A DNA stretch of 10,844 bases from an uncultured archaeon. Lineage in GTDB: Archaea > Asgardarchaeota > Lokiarchaeia > Sigyniarchaeales > SOKP01. Within the stretch, counting starts at the first letter, position 1; the number at the start of each line of letters is the position of its first letter. Below, piece by piece: positions 1 to 5,622 of this stretch. A program made the translations under genes and the position numbers. The DNA lies in the NCBI GenBank assembly GCA_964583985.1, contig CAZOYD010000094.1, positions 1 to 10,844 on the forward strand, written 5' to 3'. The notes beneath the pieces are model-generated. The model ran no database searches. It was not told the origin of the DNA and saw only the letters and a list, made by a program, of their open reading frames with translations.

Positions 1-2
1 TA

Positions 3-245
3 CAAGAGGATTACTCAATTATAATAAATGAATTAAAAGAACAGACGAAGATCTTATCAAAAAAGGGCGTTCACCTGGTGGTATTAGAGCCTAAAAAAAG
101 CTATGCAACCAAAGCGTTGGGTGTCAACACATTCGCAGCGGAAAAGATAAAGAAAAATTTTAAGAAATACGCCAAAGCAGAAATCTACAAATTTGATAGG
201 TATGATCCAGAACATCTCATCTTGGAATTAAAGAAGATTCTCTGA
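3..245 (+). CDS. 3' end of a gene running in from the left edge; possibly the C-terminus of a VWA domain (Mg-chelatase ChlD/BchD-like or MoxR-associated)
   Basis: Not in the ORF track; translated by hand. Frame 3 is open from base 3 to TGA at 243-245: QEDYSIIINELKEQTKILSKKGVHLVVLEPKKSYATKALGVNTFAAEKIKKNFKKYAKAEIYKFDRYDPEHLILELKKIL*. The helix-'KKGVHLVVLE' strand-helix-'AEIYKF' strand-helix pattern resembles the end of a VWA fold. The MIDAS motif would lie outside the window, so the product call is weaker than the CDS call. Confidence 0.6.
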   Translation, partial: QEDYSIIINELKEQTKILSKKGVHLVVLEPKKSYATKALGVNTFAAEKIKKNFKKYAKAEIYKFDRYDPEHLILELKKIL

Positions 246-323
246 TTCTGTGCAATTTAAAGAATTTAAAATCAAATTTTGATAGTAATTTCTATATACC
301 TTTGCTTTATTGTATTATAATTA

Positions 324-1574
324 ATGTCTCACAAATCAAAATCTGTTTTAGTTATTGGTTTTAACACCAGACCTTTGGCTTTTTCTCTTTTCAATGCAGA
401 TTATGAAGTTTATGCTGTAGATTTCTTTGGAGACTTAGATCTTTATCCTCATGTTAAAGATTCAATTATTATTACCAAAGAATTAAACACGAATTATGAT
501 GTAATAAAGGATTATTATCATCATTACCTTGCTGAATTTGCAATTAAATTTTTAGATAAACATCCTAAAATTGATTTCTTAATTATTGGAAGCGGTTTAG
601 ACGATGCGTTCAATGAGAGAAATTTTATATTACAAGAAATTCGCAAAAGAAATAACAACATTCAGAGCATGAACAATGAGTTAGAAGTAGTAATGAATGC
701 CAGGAATATACGGGAAATTTTCGAAATATTAATTTCGAAAAACTATAAAGTTCCAGAGACCAAATATCCAAAAAATCTAGATGAAATCAAGAATTCTGAT
801 GAGTTCCCCTTTATTTTAAAAAAATTTCGGAGTTCAGGAGGAATAAATATCCATAAAATAGATGATAAAGAGGCACTCAGCTCAACTCTTAGAATAAATT
901 TTCCTAAAATGGATGATATTTCCGATTGGTTAGTACAAGAATACATTGAAGGAATTCCCGTGAGTTGTACAATAATCTCCGATGGAGTCCATGGTAAAGT
1001 TATCTCTATTAATCGTCAAATAATCGGAGAGAAGTACCTTAACACACCCAGAGATTTCATGTACTGTGGAAATGTTGTTCCTGCCCAGATTGGTGCTAAT
1101 ATTAAGAATACTATAATGGAAATCTCTCTAATGTTGTCAAAAACATTGAAACTTAGAGGGATTAATGGGTTTGATTTTGTAGTGAGGAATCACTATCCTT
1201 ATTTGATGGAAATAAATCCTAGAATACCTGGATCAATAAGTGCTTCAGAGCTCACGTTAAACATTAATTTATTAGACTTGCATGTTAAAAGTTTTAATTC
1301 AGAGAACTGGGAAGAAATAGAACGTGTATTGTCTAAGAGTAATTCAACTCAATTTGCAACCAAATTAATTTTCTTCGCTCCTAAGGAATTAAAAAAGCGG
1401 GATTTGATTAAAATTAACGATCTTGAATATATTCATGATAAGTCTGATCCCGATAGTCCTATTCAAAAATTTGATCCCGTTTGTACAATATTATTTGGAG
1501 CTCCTGACTTTGCAGCATCTTATTTTGGAGCTTTGAAAATTGTCGATAAGATTTACAAAATAATTTCAGAGTAA
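324..1574 (+). CDS. ATP-grasp domain protein, COG2232-like predicted ATP-dependent carboligase
   Basis: 416 aa. ATP-grasp motifs FPFILKK..SSGG.NI, WLVQEYIEGIPVSC, GINGFDFVV and LMEINPRIPGS are present. The N-terminus VLVIGFNTRPLAFS..ADYEVYAVDFFGDLDL is typical of the archaeal COG2232 group. Confidence 0.85.
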   Translation: MSHKSKSVLVIGFNTRPLAFSLFNADYEVYAVDFFGDLDLYPHVKDSIIITKELNTNYDVIKDYYHHYLAEFAIKFLDKHPKIDFLIIGSGLDDAFNERNFILQEIRKRNNNIQSMNNELEVVMNARNIREIFEILISKNYKVPETKYPKNLDEIKNSDEFPFILKKFRSSGGINIHKIDDKEALSSTLRINFPKMDDISDWLVQEYIEGIPVSCTIISDGVHGKVISINRQIIGEKYLNTPRDFMYCGNVVPAQIGANIKNTIMEISLMLSKTLKLRGINGFDFVVRNHYPYLMEINPRIPGSISASELTLNINLLDLHVKSFNSENWEEIERVLSKSNSTQFATKLIFFAPKELKKRDLIKINDLEYIHDKSDPDSPIQKFDPVCTILFGAPDFAASYFGALKIVDKIYKIISE

Positions 1575-1581
1575 GTCGGAG

Positions 1582-2316
1582 TTATTCAATAATCGCCTTT
1601 ATTTTTGCTATATAAGAACCAAGTTTACGTTCATCTGCTTCTGGTACGGCTATAGCAAGTATTCTGTTTTGATCTAATTCATGGATAATGATTGACCCGT
1701 TTTCTCCTCCTATTATTGAGTATTCCAAGCCTTCTTCCAATAAGATACCTGCTAAATTGTAAATCGCCGATGTCATGGCCGAAAGTATCGGTTCTGGCAT
1801 TGTAGTTTGCATTTTTATGGGCAAGCCATCTTTTGTAATAATAGCGATGACCAAAGCGTTTGGTATAGCTCTCTTTATGGCGACAAAGACGTCCTCTTTA
1901 ATTAAATCTGAAGTATCTATAATTGCTGAGATGGAAATGGCAAATTGTTTTAATAATTTAATAAAAGTATCCAATCCTTCAAGTTCAGCTAATTCTCGAT
2001 TTAAAAAGGATATTAAAGCAATGTTTTCTGTTAAGATTGATAAAATAATTCGTTTTTTTCCAGTAATCATATTATAGGAAATTTTTTGATTTAATGAATC
2101 TTGTAATATTTTAGAAGATAAGAAAACTAATGAACTGCTTGCCGCAGATATTTCAGTTTTTGTCATTGATATATCCTTTTTAAATTTACTAGCAAGATAT
2201 GTACCCCCATGAGTTGAAACACTTATTCCCAATATCGCGGCATTTGCATTTAATAATTTTTCAATCAGATCAACTAGATCGGTTTCTAAATCATCTATAT
2301 TTGATTGATTATTCAT
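1582..2316 (-). CDS. tandem (double) Roadblock/LC7 (MglB/LAMTOR2-like) domain protein
   Basis: 244 aa, two Roadblock-like units. Unit 1 (~aa 10-134): ILGISVSTHGGTYLAS...EISAASSSL...YNMITGKKRIIL...ISAIID. Unit 2 (~aa 138-244): ALVIAIITKDGLPI...ILSAMTSAIYNLA...YSIIGGENGSIIIHEL..RILAIAV...KLG...IKAIIE. 'TKDGLPI', 'LSAM' and 'GENG' match the Roadblock consensus. Confidence 0.85.
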   Translation of the reverse strand: MNNQSNIDDLETDLVDLIEKLLNANAAILGISVSTHGGTYLASKFKKDISMTKTEISAASSSLVFLSSKILQDSLNQKISYNMITGKKRIILSILTENIALISFLNRELAELEGLDTFIKLLKQFAISISAIIDTSDLIKEDVFVAIKRAIPNALVIAIITKDGLPIKMQTTMPEPILSAMTSAIYNLAGILLEEGLEYSIIGGENGSIIIHELDQNRILAIAVPEADERKLGSYIAKIKAIIE

Positions 2317-2337
2317 GAAATTATAATAACATTAATT

Positions 2338-2348
2338 AAATTTAAAAC
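2338..2348 (-). promoter_or_regulatory. candidate archaeal TATA box for the double-Roadblock gene (possibly leaderless mRNA)
   Basis: The minus strand reads GTTTTAAATTT about 22-32 nt upstream of the ATG at 2316, with no SD-like motif. AT-rich context makes this weak. Confidence 0.3.
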
Positions 2349-2416
2349 TATGGTAGATTAAATTAAGTTTAAAATCATGCTAAATTAGATTAAATTTACC
2401 TCAATAAAATAGAATT

Positions 2417-2436
2417 AAAAAGGAAATCTTATATTA
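2417..2436 (+). promoter_or_regulatory. candidate BRE + TATA box for the coiled-coil gene
   Basis: Purine-rich AAAAAGGAAA followed by TCTTATATTA about 50 nt upstream of ATG 2485. An alternative TTTTTAAG lies at 2456-2463. Confidence 0.3.
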
Positions 2437-2484
2437 TTATTCTTAATTTAGAGCATTTTTAAGATCGAAGAGACTGAATTTCAA

Positions 2485-3378
2485 ATGGAAGATAAAGACC
2501 AGATTATTGTTAATTTGCAAAAGGAATTAAATTCTACGAAACAAGAGATGGAAAAGGCTAAACTTCTTGAAATAAATGTAAAAACAAAAGATAAACTTAT
2601 TGAGAACTTACAAAATTCGATGGAATTAAAAGAGGACCAGATAAAAACGTTAAAGGATTCGATTAACTTAAAAACAGAACAGATTAAAACGCTCGATAGC
2701 TCATTGAAGATAAAAGATGAAAAAATTAAAACAATGGAAAGGACTTTGATGCTAAAAGAAGAGGAAATCAATGAACTTAGAGAAAGCACGATCGATAAGG
2801 ATGAAATACTTGAGAAAAATAAAATCATAGAAGATTTACAAGGGAAATTAGAGATCTTAAAAGGTGAATTAGATACAGCTGATCAAGATTTAGAAATTTT
2901 AGAGAATGAAAATGTAACGTTAAGAAATCAATTAGCAGCATCTTCTGGATCTAAAATTATTGACGCAACGAATTTGGTTATCCCTAAAAAGCTGATTTTA
3001 GAAAAAATGAAGGAAATCTTGATGAAAGCAGTTCATAACGTGACGATCGTGGTTCCAAATATTAAGGATTTACAAGAACTGACCCTTTATGAGGTTAGAT
3101 CTTCCGTGATTATTAAAGTATCTACCTCAATTGATATCACTTTAGAAGAAGATGCTGAAATTTTAGAGGAGTTAGAGAGTCTCGATAATATTACAATCCG
3201 GATGTTTGATTCTGAGGACAGATACGTAATTGATCGTGATAATGAAGAGCTACTTTTTTCTGTTATTGGAAAATCCGAAGATAATAATCTGGTAATTCAA
3301 ACAAGGGATTCAATGCATATAAATTTGCTCAAATATCTAAGCATGGAAGCTTGGCTTCGTTCAAGAAAGCTGGATTGA
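2485..3378 (+). CDS. coiled-coil protein with C-terminal PLD-like/TrmB-like alpha/beta domain lacking an HKD motif
   Basis: 297 aa. aa 1-~152 is a continuous E/K/L-rich heptad pattern, followed by an ASSGS linker. The rest, ILEKMKEILMKAVHNVTIVVP...VIIKVST...NITIRMF....YVIDRDNEELLFS...LVIQTRD..INLL....EAWLRSRKL, follows the PLD-fold/TrmB middle-domain pattern ('I..A...v.i..P', 'iD.ee.l', terminal W). CDS is secure; the fold call is moderate. Confidence 0.65.
   Translation: MEDKDQIIVNLQKELNSTKQEMEKAKLLEINVKTKDKLIENLQNSMELKEDQIKTLKDSINLKTEQIKTLDSSLKIKDEKIKTMERTLMLKEEEINELRESTIDKDEILEKNKIIEDLQGKLEILKGELDTADQDLEILENENVTLRNQLAASSGSKIIDATNLVIPKKLILEKMKEILMKAVHNVTIVVPNIKDLQELTLYEVRSSVIIKVSTSIDITLEEDAEILEELESLDNITIRMFDSEDRYVIDRDNEELLFSVIGKSEDNNLVIQTRDSMHINLLKYLSMEAWLRSRKLD
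2563..2814 (+). repeat. 42-bp / 14-aa degenerate tandem repeat (5 clear units plus 1 degenerate) within the coiled coil
   Basis: LLEINVKTKDKLIE / NLQNSMELKEDQIK / TLKDSINLKTEQIK / TLDSSLKIKDEKIK / TMERTLMLKEEEIN / ELRESTIDKDEILE, with K invariant at position 9. Visible in DNA, e.g. ttaaaagaggaccagataaaaacg vs ttaaaaacagaacagattaaaacg. Confidence 0.8.
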
Positions 3379-3382
3379 AATT

Positions 3383-4096
3383 TTAATGGAACAAACAATT
3401 TTCTTTTTCACATTTCTCATTTTTGTTTGAAAAATAGCACGATTTTGGTTGATAGTTTAGTTTAATATTGAAATTTTCTTCTAAGAAACGTAAAGTTTCG
3501 GAAATCGAGATTTTTACTGATCTTTTACAGCAATGTTCTAAGTTATCACCTATTTTTGATAAAGATCTGGAGGTCATTTGATTTGCTAAGGTTCGTTCTC
3601 TACCTTTAGAGGGATTAGCACCAGTGAAAATACTTATGGCAATTCCGGACCCCATTCCCGCTCCACAGGACCCATAAAATCCGCACCACCCCCCTGGAAT
3701 CTTAGAGGCACGCCTTATTGCCTCTTTAATATCAAAAAGGGTAATAGATTCCCCATTGGGCTTTTTAATATCATTATTTTTTAGTGCTGTCAGAATGACT
3801 GCTGGCGTAAGCACGTGGTGTTCAGGGCCATACATCTTGAATTTAGGGTGACGCATGATCTTTTCCGCTAAAATAAATGGGTCTTTGATATCTGTCGTTT
3901 CAGTTATATTTTCAATAATTTCCATAGCTCCGCTTTGATGGCAATTATCACAGATATAATGAAAATCTTCACAAAATGTGTTTGTGTTGAATATTTTTCC
4001 ACAAAATTCACATGTAAGGTCCTTATAGTCGCTAGGGATTATAGCATAAACTAAATCTTTACCACATATTTCACATTTATCCTTTTTATCATTCAT
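3383..4096 (-). CDS. Cys-rich DUF5714-like protein with N-terminal zinc-finger-like module
   Basis: 237 aa, 14 Cys. N-terminal C8xxC11-x17-C29xxC32-x9-C42xxxH46xxC49xxC52. Family motifs MYGPEHH, PGGWCGFYGSCGAGMG, CCKR and C-terminal C-x8-C-x4-C. Confidence 0.8.
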   Translation of the reverse strand: MNDKKDKCEICGKDLVYAIIPSDYKDLTCEFCGKIFNTNTFCEDFHYICDNCHQSGAMEIIENITETTDIKDPFILAEKIMRHPKFKMYGPEHHVLTPAVILTALKNNDIKKPNGESITLFDIKEAIRRASKIPGGWCGFYGSCGAGMGSGIAISIFTGANPSKGRERTLANQMTSRSLSKIGDNLEHCCKRSVKISISETLRFLEENFNIKLNYQPKSCYFSNKNEKCEKENCLFH

Positions 4097-4116
4097 GATG
4101 GATACATCTCAAAAAT

Positions 4117-4965
4117 TCATATTTTTATGTAACTTTTAACCATCTTGTCAAAATGAGTCAATCTCTTATAACCTATATTCTTCAATAATCTAATTGATGA
4201 TTTAAATTCATACCCTATTTCATTTGGATGATGAGCATCAGATCCCAATATAACATCAATACCTAAATTATACATTTCTTTAATTATCTCTTTGCTCGGA
4301 TATTGTTCTTTTATTGGTCTTCTTAATCCACTAGTATTAATTTCAATTACCACCTCCCGTTTTTTGGCCATTTCTAAAGTTTTAAATTCTTCTTCTATTA
4401 TGAGTTCTTTATTATTAGGAAGAATATTGAACTTTTTGGGAAGATCAAAATGACCTATCGTGGTGAAATTAAATCGATCAGAACTTATCATTGCTTGCAT
4501 GGTTTGAAAGTAATTAGTATAAATTTCATCCGTGTCTTCGAATTTGGTGTAATCTTTCAAAAAACGAAAATCATCGAATGCAAAAAGACCAAATGAAGTG
4601 TTTAAATTATGAATGGAACCAATTATATAATCTAATTGATCAGAATATCGTTCGAGATATTTACGATGTTTATCAACTTGTTTTTCTACAAAATCTAATT
4701 CGAAAGCAACTTTTACCGAAATTTGATTTTTATATTTTTCTCTCAGATTTATTGCATTAAAAATGTATGAGTCAAGTTCATCAATAGGCATTGAATATTC
4801 CTGATATGGCATGTTCTCAATTCCATCGAGAATCTCATATGGAAAGTGAGCGCTTAATCCAATTACGTTAAACTTTTTATTTATTGCTGCTGTCACATAT
4901 TGTTCAAGATTTCCAGTAGCGTGTCTACAAAATGAGCTATGAGTATGCCAATCTTCAAGATGCAT
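4117..4965 (-). CDS. hisK: PHP-family histidinol-phosphatase-like phosphoesterase (HisJ/HisK family)
   Basis: 282 aa. PHP metal-binding motifs DWHTHSSFCRHA, GLSAHFP, FELDF, DYIIGSIH, IGHFDLPKKF, IEINTSGLR..KEQYPS and LGSDAHHP. Family is clear; the substrate is inferred. Confidence 0.85.
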   Translation of the reverse strand: MHLEDWHTHSSFCRHATGNLEQYVTAAINKKFNVIGLSAHFPYEILDGIENMPYQEYSMPIDELDSYIFNAINLREKYKNQISVKVAFELDFVEKQVDKHRKYLERYSDQLDYIIGSIHNLNTSFGLFAFDDFRFLKDYTKFEDTDEIYTNYFQTMQAMISSDRFNFTTIGHFDLPKKFNILPNNKELIIEEEFKTLEMAKKREVVIEINTSGLRRPIKEQYPSKEIIKEMYNLGIDVILGSDAHHPNEIGYEFKSSIRLLKNIGYKRLTHFDKMVKSYIKI

Positions 4966-5058
4966 TATTTAATGATGGTAAATTATGAGAATTATAAGAA
5001 TTATCATTAAGTATCGAAAATAAAATTTGTGTCTTTAAATTATTGAACTTTCCTTATC

Positions 5059-5448
5059 ATGGAATTCAAGAATAAGCAAAATGATGGACCATTTGAAATA
5101 GTGATGGTTGATTTGCAAATAGAGGATCAAGTATTTAGAGGAATCCTGTATTTTCATTCAAGTAATTTCAAACGACCTCATCCGATAATAGTATACTTTC
5201 ACGGTTTTCCTCAAATTACTCCTCTGCAAGAGATTGCAAGAAATTATCGTTATCTACTCGAAAAAGGGTATGCATTTTAATTATTTAATATTACGGGCTA
5301 TAATTTCAGCGATGGAACAATATCAATTAAAAATCAAGTTACTGATGCTTTGAGAATCATTGAGTTTTTGGAGTCAATGATATAAAAGCAAATAATTGTC
5401 GGGGATAATATTAATATTTCCAATCATTTTTTAACATCAAATGATTAG
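5059..5448 (+). pseudogene. decayed, truncated alpha/beta-hydrolase (peptidase S9/esterase-like)
   Basis: The 73-aa ORF contains HPIIVYFHGFP and ends GYAF-TAA (5278-5280). Reading through in frame gives LFNITGYNFSDGTISIKNQVTDALRIIEFLESMI-TAA(5383-5385)-KQIIVGDNINISNHFLTSND-TAG(5446-5448). This continues the hydrolase consensus (F.y.GyG.SeG......D.....fL.....I.i.GHS.G). The nucleophile elbow is degraded and the C-terminal half is absent. Confidence 0.8.
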
Positions 5449-5622
5449 GTTGATTTAAATAAAGAAATCCTTCTTTTTATTAAATATTAGCATTATGAAT
5501 ATTACCATCAAATATTAATATTCTTCTACTCAAATTATTTAGAATCTATAAAGCAAAATTATAAAAGAATGAAAAAAACCTATTCTAATAATAAGATATA
5601 AATATTATAGAGCGCGAAAAAT

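Noticed and set aside
743-946. 67-aa minus-strand ORF
   Set aside because: Antisense shadow inside the well-supported ATP-grasp gene; no motifs.
1775-2077. 100-aa plus-strand ORF
   Set aside because: Antisense to the Roadblock gene; no independent coding signal.
2481-2828. 115-aa hydrophobic Ser/Phe/Ile/Leu-rich minus-strand ORF resembling a membrane protein
   Set aside because: Typical mirror of the GAA/AAA-rich coiled-coil codons on the plus strand.
2485-3378. SMC/chromosome-segregation ATPase or active phospholipase D/nuclease
   Set aside because: Too short with no Walker motifs; no HxKxxxxD motif in the C-terminal domain.
4578-4760. 60-aa plus-strand ORF
   Set aside because: Lies antisense within the PHP phosphatase gene.
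5278-5448. Selenocysteine, pyrrolysine or stop-codon reassignment in the hydrolase-like frame
   Set aside because: The two internal stops are TAA, not TGA or TAG. TAA terminates intact neighbouring genes, the catalytic motif is degraded and the C-terminal half is missing, so pseudogenisation fits better.
5453-5485. Imperfect hairpin (AAAGAA-atcc-TTCTTT core) as ncRNA, SECIS or terminator
   Set aside because: Almost all A-T pairs with bulges; expected by chance in this AT-rich spacer.
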